Below are positions 44,151 through 54,562 of a stretch of 64,000 nucleotides of DNA, one piece after another; position 1 is the stretch's first letter, and each line of letters opens with the position of its first letter. The notes beneath the pieces were generated by a model. It had not been told where the DNA came from. It saw only the letters and a program-made list of their open reading frames with translations, and made no database searches. The position numbers and the translations under genes were made by a program. The stretch spans positions 3,680,001 to 3,744,000 of the forward strand of contig OZ241867.1 of the NCBI GenBank assembly GCA_965203175.1. Direction: 5' to 3'. Origin of the DNA: Candidatus Latescibacterota bacterium. Lineage in GTDB: Bacteria > Latescibacterota > UBA2968 > UBA8231.

Positions 44151-46025
44151 TCAGGCGTCTTGCGGCGGGGATTCGACCTCGCTGGTAGGGACGGTGGACA
44201 TTTCCAGCTTAAAGGCCAGCAGATACATCATAAAACAGCCGATGATCCACCAGGCGATCTGCCATATCCACAGCGAGGGAATCCCCAAGGGCCATTGGGT
44301 GGGGTCGGTCTGATTGCCAAGGACGGCAAAGGGGCCGATAGCACAGAGGAACCAGACTATCGTCAAAATCCAGACCGGCGTTTTCCATTTCTTTTTGGCC
44401 TCGGGCAGAGCCGTATGCTCTTTGAGAAAGTGGTGGTAGCGATCGCGGTGGGCCAGATGGTTGGCTTCCTTGGGCTGAGTGAAAAAACTGACGACGATGA
44501 CAGTGCCCATGTTAAAGAGGATACCCCAACCAGCGCTATGGAGTGTGAGCGGATAGCGGCCAATGCCGATGAGTCCGCCTAGCTCGGTTATGTAGGTGAA
44601 GGTAACGGCGATGAGTCCGGCGATGAGTCCGGCGACGATGGCCTTGGGAGTGAAGAAGCGGATGTAGCAGATGCCCAAAAGCGCTGGCCACATTTGGAAT
44701 CCATACGAAACGGCCAGCCCTCCGAGTAAGACGAGCAGGTCGCCGGAGGCTAAGCCGACTAGCAGGGCTAGGCTGACGACGACCGCCACAGTCAAGCGGC
44801 CGACAAAGACTTGGGCCGAATGCGATGCCTCTTTGTTGAAGAAATGGCGGTAGAGGTCGCGGGTGATAATGCCGCTGGCCGTGGACATATAGGCGGCCCC
44901 GGTCGATTGCATTGCGGCTAGCGCGCAAACGGCCAAAAGCCCCAAGAGAAAGGGAAAGCTGCCGGCTAAGGTGTCGATTAGGTAGGGAACCAAGTGGTCG
45001 GATGCGGGCAGGCCGAGGGGTTTAGTCCCTGGGATCAGTTCCATATCGAGCAGCCGGACGCCCAGCCCTTGGAAGGCGGTAAAAAAGAACAAGATGCCGC
45101 CGATGACCAGCGAAGAGGCGAAAACCTGTTGCCAGGGAAAAGGCCGAGGGTCGCGGTTGGCAAAAGCCCACATTGAAAAGGCCGGAGCCGACTGGATGCC
45201 CATCAAGGCGAACATATAGGTCAGGATCATCAGGCCGGTCCAAGGACCGCCTTGGGCGTCGAAAAACAGGGTGCCGACTCGTTCAAAAAAGGAGTCTGAC
45301 TCCGGCCGGGTCGGAATGGCGACCATATCGGGTTTTTGCTGGGCGAGGGCGGCCAATCCCCCCTTGAAGGCCGTCCAGCCGCCGACCAAGTCGAGGGCAA
45401 TAAAGCCGAGGACGACGATGCCGAAAGCCAAAAGGATGCACTGGGCGCAGTCCACGTAGGCGACCGAGCGCAACCCGCCGGATGCTACGTAGATAAAGAC
45501 GATGACCGAGAGCACAATGGCCCCTCCTTCGACAGAGCCGATGAAGCTGCCCTCCAGCGGCGTGCCGGTCGTCAGACGGTTGAACAGCAAGCCCGATGCT
45601 TTGAGTTGGATTCCGAGATAGGGTACGCTGAAGACGAGCGCGACGATGACGGTGAGGAAGCGCATCGCATCCGTGCGGTAGTAGTCGCTGAACATCTCGC
45701 CCGGCGTGATATAGCCAAAGCGCTGGCCCAAAAGCCACTGGCGCTTGAGGAACAACACCCCGGTAAAAGGGATGGTGATGGCGTAGAAGGAGGCAAAGGC
45801 GTAGGGCAGGCCGACGTTGTAGATGGTGCCGGGGTGGCCGACAAAGGTCCAGCCGCTAAAGGAGGTAGCGGTGGCGGCCAGCACAAAAACCCACAGGCCG
45901 ATGCCGCGACCGGCGATAAAGTAATCCGATGCCGTCTTAGCCCGGCGAGCTCCTTTAACGCCCCAGAAGATGCAGTACGACCAATAGCCGACGGTAAAGA
46001 GCAGTAGCCAGACCAGTTTTTCCAT
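44151..46025 (-). CDS. Sodium:solute symporter (SSS) family protein
   Basis: DYFIAGR, ATSFSGWTF, GYITPGE, YLGIQL, GGLRSVAYVD..Q, ALAAMQST...DLY. Confidence 0.92.
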   Translation of the reverse strand: MEKLVWLLLFTVGYWSYCIFWGVKGARRAKTASDYFIAGRGIGLWVFVLAATATSFSGWTFVGHPGTIYNVGLPYAFASFYAITIPFTGVLFLKRQWLLGQRFGYITPGEMFSDYYRTDAMRFLTVIVALVFSVPYLGIQLKASGLLFNRLTTGTPLEGSFIGSVEGGAIVLSVIVFIYVASGGLRSVAYVDCAQCILLAFGIVVLGFIALDLVGGWTAFKGGLAALAQQKPDMVAIPTRPESDSFFERVGTLFFDAQGGPWTGLMILTYMFALMGIQSAPAFSMWAFANRDPRPFPWQQVFASSLVIGGILFFFTAFQGLGVRLLDMELIPGTKPLGLPASDHLVPYLIDTLAGSFPFLLGLLAVCALAAMQSTGAAYMSTASGIITRDLYRHFFNKEASHSAQVFVGRLTVAVVVSLALLVGLASGDLLVLLGGLAVSYGFQMWPALLGICYIRFFTPKAIVAGLIAGLIAVTFTYITELGGLIGIGRYPLTLHSAGWGILFNMGTVIVVSFFTQPKEANHLAHRDRYHHFLKEHTALPEAKKKWKTPVWILTIVWFLCAIGPFAVLGNQTDPTQWPLGIPSLWIWQIAWWIIGCFMMYLLAFKLEMSTVPTSEVESPPQDA

Positions 46026-46028
46026 GAG

Positions 46029-46943
46029 TTAGTCGGAAAGTTCCAACCCCAAATCGAAGACCATGTTGGTGATCTTCCACGAGCCGGAGCGGCGGCTCAG
46101 CGTCCAGAACACGTAGCGCTCCTTGTCGTGTTTGGCTGGCCCTTTGACGTGCTCGACGGCCACTTTTTCGCGCGTGACGGCCAAGGCTTCGTCGCCGGTA
46201 GGGCCTATGGCTGTGTGGAGCACTTTGCGGTCGAGGTCGTACTGCACGTAGGGCAGTCGCTTGTCGAGCCACTTTTCTAGTTCCTCGCTGCCGCTGAAGG
46301 CGATTTTGTAGGAGGCTGGTTTGAAAGTGCCCAAGGCGTCATAGCCAGTGAAGTTGGCATCGAAGAAGCCGAGGATGCCGCTTCCGGCTTCCCACGCTTG
46401 ACTTTCGCGCTGCAACAGCTCGGTGATCTCGCCGTTGGCGGTCGCGCCGGCCGCGGGCAAGAGCGTATCGCCCAAATCTGCGACCATACCCGTGGCCAGC
46501 CAGTCGTCCTCTTCCTTGAGGAAGGTCCAGAAGCGGTGGACGACAAGTGGCTTGGCCTCGCTAGTCTGGCGATCGACGACGCGCCCGGAGTCCACGCTGG
46601 TGGCAATGGCGTGGGTTGTGCGCACCGCGATAAAGGGAACCGTGCGCGTGACCTCGTAGCGCTGAGCGCTGAGATCCGCCGCTAGCTGGCTGGCGAACGC
46701 ATCGCGGTTTTCGTGCAGGACCGTCCAAGCGCGAGGGTCGCCATTGTCATGGCCCTCATAGGCGACGAAGTGCGGGTGATACGCCTTGAGGGCCAACTCG
46801 GCATCGGCCCGGCGATGCCCGGCGATGTCGTTGGCGAGGGCTTGGCGGATGAGGAGGGTCTCGGGCGTTTCGCCAGCGCGGCTGGGTGCGGCAAATGGCG
46901 GCAGGGCCAAGAGAACGAACAACAGGCAGATTGCATTTTGCAT
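46029..46943 (-). CDS. Secreted protein with two NTF2-like (SnoaL/DUF4440) domains
   Basis: Signal peptide; two repeats ending FWTFLKEEDDWL and FWTLSRRSGSWKI. Confidence 0.65.
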   Translation of the reverse strand: MQNAICLLFVLLALPPFAAPSRAGETPETLLIRQALANDIAGHRRADAELALKAYHPHFVAYEGHDNGDPRAWTVLHENRDAFASQLAADLSAQRYEVTRTVPFIAVRTTHAIATSVDSGRVVDRQTSEAKPLVVHRFWTFLKEEDDWLATGMVADLGDTLLPAAGATANGEITELLQRESQAWEAGSGILGFFDANFTGYDALGTFKPASYKIAFSGSEELEKWLDKRLPYVQYDLDRKVLHTAIGPTGDEALAVTREKVAVEHVKGPAKHDKERYVFWTLSRRSGSWKITNMVFDLGLELSD

Positions 46944-46966
46944 GGCGCGAAAAGGGGGGGTTAGGG

Positions 46967-48181
46967 TCAACTCGATCCGAGCTGACCTAAGGCCCACTCG
47001 GCGTAGTAGGAAACGGTAGTGTCGCTGTCATGGCGCAATTTTTCGAGCTGAGCGCGGCTTTGATCGCCGCCGATGTGGCCGAGGGCAATGGCCACATTGG
47101 CTCGCACATCAGCGACCTCGTCCATGGTGGCTGCCAGCAGGGCGCTGAGGGCGGATTGTACCCGCGCTTGGCCCAAGACTTGAGCGGCGCCCGCGCGGGC
47201 GAGCGGATCCTCATCGCTGAGGGCAGCTATGAGTTGCGATTCGACTGCGCCTGATTGTTGCTGGACATTGGTGAGAAACTTGACGGCATTGGCGCGGAGG
47301 ATGGAGTCGGTGTTGCGCAGGGCCTCAAAGAGGAATTCAATGCCCCGGCTGCTCTCCATGGTGGCTAGGGCAGCGGCCGTGCTGAAGCGCACCTGATTGC
47401 TGGGATCTTCCAGCAGATCAGCTAGGGCGGACGCCGTGCTCTCGTCGCCGATGTAGCCGAGAGCTTGCGCGGCGCGCTGGCGGTGGACCGGCTCTTCGGC
47501 CTCTAACTGGGTGATGAGCTGGTCTTTGACCTTGGCTATCACCGAGCGCAGCGCAGCTTGGTGAGGACCGGTGTGGTCGCTCAACTCCACGAGCAGCGGG
47601 ACGCCGAAGTAGCCGGATTCCTCTAGCCCTTGCAGGGCGGTTTGGGCTAACTCTGGGTCGCCGTTGGCTAGGGCTGCTTCGATTTCACTGGTGCCGAGCT
47701 CGTCGTCCATCTTGAGTAGGGCAATAGCCGCATGGATGCGGATGATGGGGTCTTCGTCTTCGAGCTGGACTTTGGCTGCATCCACGCCCGCTTGGACGTA
47801 GCCGACTTGGCCCATGGCCCACAGGCAGGCGATGCGCTCGCGATCCGTGTAAGCGGTGGTGATCCGGTCCTTGAGCGCGGCCGTGGCTCCGCGCGGCTTG
47901 ATGTGGCCTAGGGCTCGGGCGCAGCCGATGCGGAGCTTTTCCTGTTCGTCGCGGAACTCGCGGTAGTTCTCGCCGAGGTACAGGTCGGGGTTAAGGCGGG
48001 CAATGAGCTGGCGGGCCGCTGGCCGGCCAATGGCGGCCAATTCGTCGATGGATTGCTGATAGGCGGGCGAATCCACTGGGTTGGCGGCCATCTGTTCTAG
48101 GAGCTCGACGACCTGCTCTTCAGTGGTGCTACAGGCGCTGAGGCCCAGTAGAAGCAGACAGGTTAGGCGCTTGGCGATCAT
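46967..48181 (-). CDS. HEAT-repeat lipoprotein
   Basis: Lipobox LSAC; repeated L.D.D..VR..AA.ALG units. Confidence 0.85.
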   Translation of the reverse strand: MIAKRLTCLLLLGLSACSTTEEQVVELLEQMAANPVDSPAYQQSIDELAAIGRPAARQLIARLNPDLYLGENYREFRDEQEKLRIGCARALGHIKPRGATAALKDRITTAYTDRERIACLWAMGQVGYVQAGVDAAKVQLEDEDPIIRIHAAIALLKMDDELGTSEIEAALANGDPELAQTALQGLEESGYFGVPLLVELSDHTGPHQAALRSVIAKVKDQLITQLEAEEPVHRQRAAQALGYIGDESTASALADLLEDPSNQVRFSTAAALATMESSRGIEFLFEALRNTDSILRANAVKFLTNVQQQSGAVESQLIAALSDEDPLARAGAAQVLGQARVQSALSALLAATMDEVADVRANVAIALGHIGGDQSRAQLEKLRHDSDTTVSYYAEWALGQLGSS

Positions 48182-48241
48182 GGTTTATGGCGGGTTAGAG
48201 GTGGCAGAATGCGGATAAGGTAAGCCGTGAGACACCATAAA

Positions 48242-50479
48242 TCAATTCTTGGATGCTGCGCCCGGCTGCCCTTCCGCCACGACAAATACCTGAGGCGTCG
48301 TCCAAGTCACCGTGTGATTGGCCAAACTTTGCTCAAAGAACTTGCGCACCTGCCGCAGTTCACCTTCGTCGAGATGCTGGATCAGATGGTGGGCGTACGT
48401 GTGCCGCTTTTCGCCGCCGGGATTGAACCAGTGCGCAAGATGGCGTGGTTCGATGTGCCGCTGCGATTGGACCGCTTCCACCCGCACCTGCACCGCAGCA
48501 AAGCCCGCGGTCGCGAACATTTGTTCGAGATCTGCGGCATCCCAGTTGACTCGCGGGTTGTCGGGCGCGGCGTAGATGGCCTCTTCGGCGGCGACGAGGC
48601 GCTCGCCTAAGTCGCCTAGTTGCTGTAAGTCGAGTAGCTGGTACAAACGCTGTGACCGACGTGCGAGGGTCTCGACCAAGCTGATGCGGCCTTGTGGGGT
48701 GAGGTGGCGATAGAGGGCCGCGATGACTTCGGCCTTGTGCGCTAGCGCGCCGAGGGCATTGCGCCCGACGATGGCGTCAAAGAGGATGTCGGGGTTGTGG
48801 TCGGCGATCTGGTCGGCGAGGGTGGTAAGCGGGCCTTGCAGCACTTGGGGTCGCTCGATTTCGGCTAGGTGGGCGGAAGTTTCGTGCAGAGCCACGGCCG
48901 CGATCTTGTCGCTGGTGTGCGCCCAGACGCCGCCTTCGGGCACGTGCCGCAGGGCTTCCCAAGTGAGCAGACCCGTGCTGGCCTCCAAGTCGAGGACGAG
49001 GTGGTGGCGCGCGAGCACAAGCGGAGCGAAGAGGCGTTGGCGCGTGCGTTCTAGTTGGGCGCTAACGTCGCCGCTGGCGCGTTTGAGCCACTGGTCGCGC
49101 GCTTGGTCGGGCGGGGATAGGGACAGCACCTCGGTCGGGATGGATTCTGCTTCGCGCATGGCCGCGAGCTGTAGCTCGCGGCGTTGGCGGACGCGGTCGC
49201 CGATGTCTTTTTCTTGGCCTTGGTCCGAGGGCTGGTAGAAGATGCGGCCCTGCAGACCAGCAGGCAGGTACTGCTGGGCAACCCAGTGCTCGCGGTAGGC
49301 GTGGGGATAGAGATAGCCGGCGCCGTGGCCAAAGCCCTCGCTGTCGCGGCTGGCGTCTTTGAGGTGATTGGGCACCTCGCCTTCGCGCTCTTTTTCCACG
49401 ACTGCCAGCGCGTCGAAGAAAGCCATAGTCGAGTTGCTCTTGGGCGCGGTGGCCAAGTACAAGGCGGCGTGGGCCAGTGGAAAGCGCCCCTCGGGCAGGC
49501 CGATGCGGTCGAAGGATTCAGCCGCGGCGATGACGACCTGAAGGGCGCGATCGTCGGCGAGGCCAACGTCCTCGCTGGCGAAGATGAGCATGCGGCGGAA
49601 GAGGAAGCGCGGGTCTTCGCCGGCGTACACCATCCGCGCCAGCCAATAGAGGGTGGCGTCTGGGTCCGAGCCGCGCATAGACTTGATGAAGGCGCTGATG
49701 GCGTCGAAGTGGTAGTCGCCTTCCTTGTCGTAGAGCAGGGCACGACGCTGGATGGACTCCTCGGCTACTGCTAGGTCGACGACGATCCGTCCTTGGGTGT
49801 CTGGATCGGTGGTTTCGACTGCCAGTTCCAGGGCGTTGAGCAGGGCGCGGGCGTCTCCGTTAGCTACGTCGATCAGGTGGGCGAGGGCGTCGGGGTGCAG
49901 ACCGACGCGGAGATGGTCGTAGCCGCGCGAGTCGGTAAGTGCCTGCTGGGCGATGTGCGCAAGGGCTTCGGAACTAAGGCCCTGTAGCTGAAAAACCCGG
50001 CTGCGCGAGAGCAGGGGGCGATTGACCGAGAAGTAGGGATTCTCCGTGGTTGCGCCGATGAGGATGATGGTGCCGTTTTCGACCCAAGGCAGGAGTGCGT
50101 CTTGCTGGGCTTTGTTGAAGCGGTGGACCTCGTCGATAAAGAGAATGGTTTTGCGGCTGTGCAGCTTGCGCAACTGGCCGGCTTCATCGACGGCTTGGCG
50201 GATGTCGGCGACCCCGGCCAAGACAGCGTTGATGGAGATAAAATGGGCGCTGGTGGTGTGGGCAATGACCGCGGCGAGCGTGGTTTTGCCCGTGCCGGGC
50301 GGGCCGTAGAAAATCAGCGAGGAGAGCTGGTCGGCCTCAATGGCGCGCCGCAGCAGGCGACCCGGCCCGAGAATGTGGTCTTGGCCGACGTATTCGTCTA
50401 AGGTGCGCGGTCGCAGGCGAGCGGCTAGGGGTTGATCCGCCGCTTGGCGATCCCGCAGTCCGGCGTCGAAGAGATCCAT
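48242..50479 (-). CDS. rarA: Replication-associated recombination protein RarA/MgsA with C-terminal methyltransferase-like domain
   Basis: [62 protein letters not shown]; extra ~280 aa with VLDLEASTG. Confidence 0.9.
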   Translation of the reverse strand: MDLFDAGLRDRQAADQPLAARLRPRTLDEYVGQDHILGPGRLLRRAIEADQLSSLIFYGPPGTGKTTLAAVIAHTTSAHFISINAVLAGVADIRQAVDEAGQLRKLHSRKTILFIDEVHRFNKAQQDALLPWVENGTIILIGATTENPYFSVNRPLLSRSRVFQLQGLSSEALAHIAQQALTDSRGYDHLRVGLHPDALAHLIDVANGDARALLNALELAVETTDPDTQGRIVVDLAVAEESIQRRALLYDKEGDYHFDAISAFIKSMRGSDPDATLYWLARMVYAGEDPRFLFRRMLIFASEDVGLADDRALQVVIAAAESFDRIGLPEGRFPLAHAALYLATAPKSNSTMAFFDALAVVEKEREGEVPNHLKDASRDSEGFGHGAGYLYPHAYREHWVAQQYLPAGLQGRIFYQPSDQGQEKDIGDRVRQRRELQLAAMREAESIPTEVLSLSPPDQARDQWLKRASGDVSAQLERTRQRLFAPLVLARHHLVLDLEASTGLLTWEALRHVPEGGVWAHTSDKIAAVALHETSAHLAEIERPQVLQGPLTTLADQIADHNPDILFDAIVGRNALGALAHKAEVIAALYRHLTPQGRISLVETLARRSQRLYQLLDLQQLGDLGERLVAAEEAIYAAPDNPRVNWDAADLEQMFATAGFAAVQVRVEAVQSQRHIEPRHLAHWFNPGGEKRHTYAHHLIQHLDEGELRQVRKFFEQSLANHTVTWTTPQVFVVAEGQPGAASKN

Positions 50480-50618
50480 GCTTTCACCTCCGGGGAAAGA
50501 AGGCGCGGACTAAGAACATAACCACTCAGTTGAACCGCGCGAACCCTTATGCGCGTAGCGGCTAGGCCGACTCTTCTTTATGTTTTCTGAGAAAGCATTT
50601 TTACGCTGGAGAGACCGT

Positions 50619-51740
50619 GTGAAAATTACTCATTTGGAACTACATTCGGTGGCGGCGTCGCACCGCAGCAATTGGATCTTCGTGCAAGTTCACACCGACG
50701 CCGGGCTGAGCGGGCTGGGCGAAGCGAGCCAGAGCGGCAACGACGGCTTGGTCGCGGCCGCGCTGGAGCAACTGGGACCGCGGTTGGTAGGTGTGGACCC
50801 GACCCAAGTAGAGGTGTTGTGGGAGCAGATGGCGCGGGGATCGGCGATTTTCTCGGGAGACACCGGCCGCGTCGGGGCCACGGCGCGGAGCGCGATCGAC
50901 CAAGCGCTGTGGGACTTGGCTGGCAAGGCGCTCGGAGTACCGGCTTGGCGCCTGTTGGGCGGCAAGCGGCGCGACTCCGTGCGATTGTACGCCAATCTCA
51001 ATCGCGGCACCCGCGACCGCAGCACACAGGGGTTTGCCGATGCAGCGCGCCGAGCGGTTGATGCTGGTTTTAGCGCCGTCAAAAGTACGCCCTTTGACGA
51101 GGTGCATTGGCGGCGGATGGATCGCGGCGGGGTCGAGCGCGACGCGGATAAAGGGATCGCGCGGCTGGTGGCGACGCGGGAGGCCATTGGCGACGAAATC
51201 GAACTGCTGGTGGATTGCCATCAGCGCTTTGACTTGGCCTTGGCTTTTAAGGTGGCCGAAAAAGTGCGTCCGCTCGATCTTTACTGGTTTGAGGAGCCGG
51301 TGCCGCGCGACCAAGTCGATGCGCTGCGCCAGTTGCGGCTGCACTCGGGCCATACCATTGCCGGTGGAGAGTCGCTCGTCGGTCGCGAGGGGTTTTGGCC
51401 CTACATCGCCCAAGGAGCAGTGGATGTGCTAATGCCGGATGTCAAACACGCCGGCGGCATTACTGAATGCCGGCGCATTGCCGCGCTGGCCGAGATAGCG
51501 CAGATGCCGATTGCGCCCCACAGCCCGGCTGGTCCGGTATCGACGATGGCCGGGGTACACTTGGCGGCGACGGTTGCCAACTTCACGGTGCTCGAATACG
51601 CGTTTGGCGAGGTGGATTGGCGCGGCGAGTTGGTGCGTCCGGCAGAAACCATAATAGATGGCCACATTCGAGTGCCGGACGCGCCCGGCTTGGGGATTGA
51701 ACTCGACGAAGCGGTGCTTATGGCGCACCAGGTGCAATAA
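50619..51740 (+). CDS. Mandelate racemase/enolase-superfamily acid-sugar dehydratase (DgoD-like)
   Basis: SAIDQALWDLAGK, AVK, VDCH, WFEEP, GES, MPD, GGITE, APH, LE, PGLG. Confidence 0.88.
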   Translation: MKITHLELHSVAASHRSNWIFVQVHTDAGLSGLGEASQSGNDGLVAAALEQLGPRLVGVDPTQVEVLWEQMARGSAIFSGDTGRVGATARSAIDQALWDLAGKALGVPAWRLLGGKRRDSVRLYANLNRGTRDRSTQGFADAARRAVDAGFSAVKSTPFDEVHWRRMDRGGVERDADKGIARLVATREAIGDEIELLVDCHQRFDLALAFKVAEKVRPLDLYWFEEPVPRDQVDALRQLRLHSGHTIAGGESLVGREGFWPYIAQGAVDVLMPDVKHAGGITECRRIAALAEIAQMPIAPHSPAGPVSTMAGVHLAATVANFTVLEYAFGEVDWRGELVRPAETIIDGHIRVPDAPGLGIELDEAVLMAHQVQ

Positions 51741-52346
51741 ATGTTCTGTCAGCTCGACGAAGCGATCGCGGATTTTCGCGCGGGGAAGTTTTTGGTCTTA
51801 GTCGATGCGCAGGAACGCGAAGACGAGGGCGACCTAATCTTAGCGGCTGAGCGCGTTTCTACCGCCAAGATAAATCGGATGCTGCAAGAGGCGCGCGGTC
51901 TGCTGCACTTGGCCACGACCGAGGTTCATCTAGCACGGCTCGGCGTGGGGTTGATTGAGCCGCACAATGCCGATTGGACGACCCCGCGCTTCGGCCTGCC
52001 CTTTGACGCGCGCGAGGGGATTGAAACCGGTGTCTCGGCTGCCGATCGCGCCACGTCCATTCAGTGCGCCCTCGACCCAGACACCGGCCCGGCGGACATT
52101 GTCATTCCCGGGCACGTATTTCCATTGGCAGCTCGCCCAGAGGGTTTGCTCAGCCGCCAGGGGCACACCGAAGGCGCAGTAGAGCTAGCTCGCCAAGCCG
52201 GTCTTTTTCCGGCGGCTGTCATGTCCGAGGTGATGACCGCGGATGGCACCATGGCCAAGGGCCAGCAACTCGTGGATTTTGCCGCTAGCTTCGGCTGTCG
52301 CTTGATCGACGTGGAGCAACTCCACCAAGCCGTGCTGGGCGGGTGA
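51741..52346 (+). CDS. ribB: 3,4-dihydroxy-2-butanone 4-phosphate synthase (RibB)-like protein
   Basis: DAQEREDEGDL, TGVSAADRA, PGHVFPL, RQGHTEGAVELAR.AG; some conserved positions differ. Confidence 0.82.
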   Translation: MFCQLDEAIADFRAGKFLVLVDAQEREDEGDLILAAERVSTAKINRMLQEARGLLHLATTEVHLARLGVGLIEPHNADWTTPRFGLPFDAREGIETGVSAADRATSIQCALDPDTGPADIVIPGHVFPLAARPEGLLSRQGHTEGAVELARQAGLFPAAVMSEVMTADGTMAKGQQLVDFAASFGCRLIDVEQLHQAVLGG

Positions 52347-52435
52347 TGTAGGGGCACCGGTGCTAGGGGCTAGGCGTTGTACCTGTAACGAATCCATTCA
52401 CCTCAACGTTCCCTTATCTCTCCCTTGAGGCTCCT

Positions 52436-54562
52436 ATGTACAATCTCATCTTTCTTCTCACCGTAGTCCTCTGCGGGCGGCTCTATGCCGACGATCACCC
52501 GGTGAAGGCCAATTTTTTTGCCGATGTAGATGCCGTAGCGCCCGGCCAGTCTTTCCGGTTGGGGATCGAGCTGACGATGGAGGAGAAATGGCACACCTAC
52601 TGGCTTTTTAGCGGCGATGCCGGCCTGCCCATCGAAGTCGAGTGGCAGCTACCTGCCGACGTTGCAACAGGACCGTTGCAATGGCCCTTGCCCAACAAAT
52701 TCGAGGAACAGGGGGAACTGGTGGTCTATGGGTATGCCGACGAAGTGCTACTCATGGCCGAGGCTACTGCGCCGCAGGCGTTAGCAGCAGGGGATACACT
52801 GCACTTTGGGGCTGAGGTCTCTTGGTTGGTATGCCGCGAACTGTGCATCCCCGGAGGGGCATCGTTGACGTTGGCACTGCCAGTGGCCGCCGTCGGCAAG
52901 CCGAGCGTCCAGCAGGCACAATTTGACCGCTATGCAGCACAGGTGCCGGGCGCGTTGGACGAGCGCGTTGCGGTAGAACTCGCCGTGCGGGGCGAGGGGG
53001 CTGTGGAGGTTGACGTGCGCCTTTCCCACGAGGACAAGGCTTTGGAGCAGGGTGAGCAGACCCCCGACTTTTATCCGCTGGAGGCCGACGGTTTTGCGTT
53101 GTCCACCCGGCGTCTAGCTGCCGACCATCTCGTGCTGTCCGTCGAACCCTACGGCGACGCCGAAGTCGATGCGTTGCGCGGAGTGCTCGTCTATAGGCTA
53201 GATGGCGAGGTGCAGGCCGGGATGCTGGCGCTGGATTTGCGCGCTGCGCCGCGCCAGGGAGGAGGAATCTTGGAGCGGGATTACCGTGCGGCTAGCGGGG
53301 AGGTCGCGCGGTCGCTGTGGGTCTATATCGCCTTTGCGGTGTTGGGTGGGTTGATCCTCAACTTGATGCCCTGCGTGTTACCAGTCATCTCGCTCAAGGT
53401 GCTCGGCTTTGTCAATCAAGCCGGCGAGGAGACCAGGCGAGTACAGCAACTAGGGTGGGCGTTTTGCGCTGGTATTGTGGCTACTTTTTTGGTGCTGGCG
53501 CTAGCGGTGCTCTTGGTCAAAAGCAGTGGGGAGCAGATCGGTTGGGGTTTTCAGTTCCAGTACCCGGGTTTTGTGGTGGCGATGAGTGCCTTGGTTTTTG
53601 CGTTGGCTCTGAGTCTGTTCGGCGTCTATGAAATCCTGCTTCCGGGAACTAGTAACTTGGGGGGTATAGGGGGACGCGAGGGATTGACGGGCTCCTTTCT
53701 CAACGGCGTGCTGGCGACGATTCTGGCCACGCCTTGCACTGCGCCCTTTTTGGGGACCGCGCTTGGGTTTGCCTTTGCCCAGCCGGGCCTCGTCGTCGTC
53801 GCGGTCTTTTTGGCGATTGGCGTGGGGATGGCGCTGCCGTATGTGGTACTGGCGCTCAAGCCGGTGTGGATCGAGCATTTGCCGAAGCCCGGTTCTTGGA
53901 TGGTGCGGTTCAAGCAGCTAATGGGCTTTTTGTTGATGGCTACCGTGCTGTGGTTGCTATGGGTTTTAGGCAATCAGGTCGGGGTCGAAGGCGTGGTGTG
54001 GACGGGGGCCTTTTTGCTGGGTCTGGGGCTAGCCTGCTGGGTTTGGGGTCAGTGGGGCAGTTTCCAGCATTCCACCCGTTCAAAGAGGGTGGCCCGAGTG
54101 GTGGTACTGGTGCTGGTTGTGGGCAGCTATGCGATCTTTGTCCATCCGTTGTTGGCTGCCGAGCAGACCCTAGCCGCGCAGACTACTGAGTCTGGGCTAG
54201 ACTGGCAGCCGTTTAGTGCCGCGCACGTCGAGGAGTTGGTCGCGGGTGGGCAGATGGTCTTTATAGATTTTACGGCCGAGTGGTGCTGGACGTGCAAAGT
54301 CAACGAGCAGGCGGTGTTGGCGCAGCAAGTGGTACGCGAGCGGTTTGCCGCCCTAGATGTGGCTCTAGTCAAAGCCGATTGGACCAACCGCAATCCCGAA
54401 ATCACTCAGCTCTTGCGCGCCTTTGGGCGCTCAGGAGTGCCTCTGTACGTGATCTTTCCCGCCGGTCTTATCGACCAGCCGCTGGTGTTGCCCGAGGTTA
54501 TTACTGCAGAAATGGTCATCGAAAAACTAGACGCAGCCGCCGTGCTCGCCAACGGTGGCTGA
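52436..54562 (+). CDS. dsbD: Protein-disulfide reductase DsbD family
   Basis: WHTYW, CRELC, LNLMPCVLP, ATPCTAPF, PKPGSWM, thioredoxin motif DFTAEWCWTCK. Confidence 0.92.
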   Translation: MYNLIFLLTVVLCGRLYADDHPVKANFFADVDAVAPGQSFRLGIELTMEEKWHTYWLFSGDAGLPIEVEWQLPADVATGPLQWPLPNKFEEQGELVVYGYADEVLLMAEATAPQALAAGDTLHFGAEVSWLVCRELCIPGGASLTLALPVAAVGKPSVQQAQFDRYAAQVPGALDERVAVELAVRGEGAVEVDVRLSHEDKALEQGEQTPDFYPLEADGFALSTRRLAADHLVLSVEPYGDAEVDALRGVLVYRLDGEVQAGMLALDLRAAPRQGGGILERDYRAASGEVARSLWVYIAFAVLGGLILNLMPCVLPVISLKVLGFVNQAGEETRRVQQLGWAFCAGIVATFLVLALAVLLVKSSGEQIGWGFQFQYPGFVVAMSALVFALALSLFGVYEILLPGTSNLGGIGGREGLTGSFLNGVLATILATPCTAPFLGTALGFAFAQPGLVVVAVFLAIGVGMALPYVVLALKPVWIEHLPKPGSWMVRFKQLMGFLLMATVLWLLWVLGNQVGVEGVVWTGAFLLGLGLACWVWGQWGSFQHSTRSKRVARVVVLVLVVGSYAIFVHPLLAAEQTLAAQTTESGLDWQPFSAAHVEELVAGGQMVFIDFTAEWCWTCKVNEQAVLAQQVVRERFAALDVALVKADWTNRNPEITQLLRAFGRSGVPLYVIFPAGLIDQPLVLPEVITAEMVIEKLDAAAVLANGG

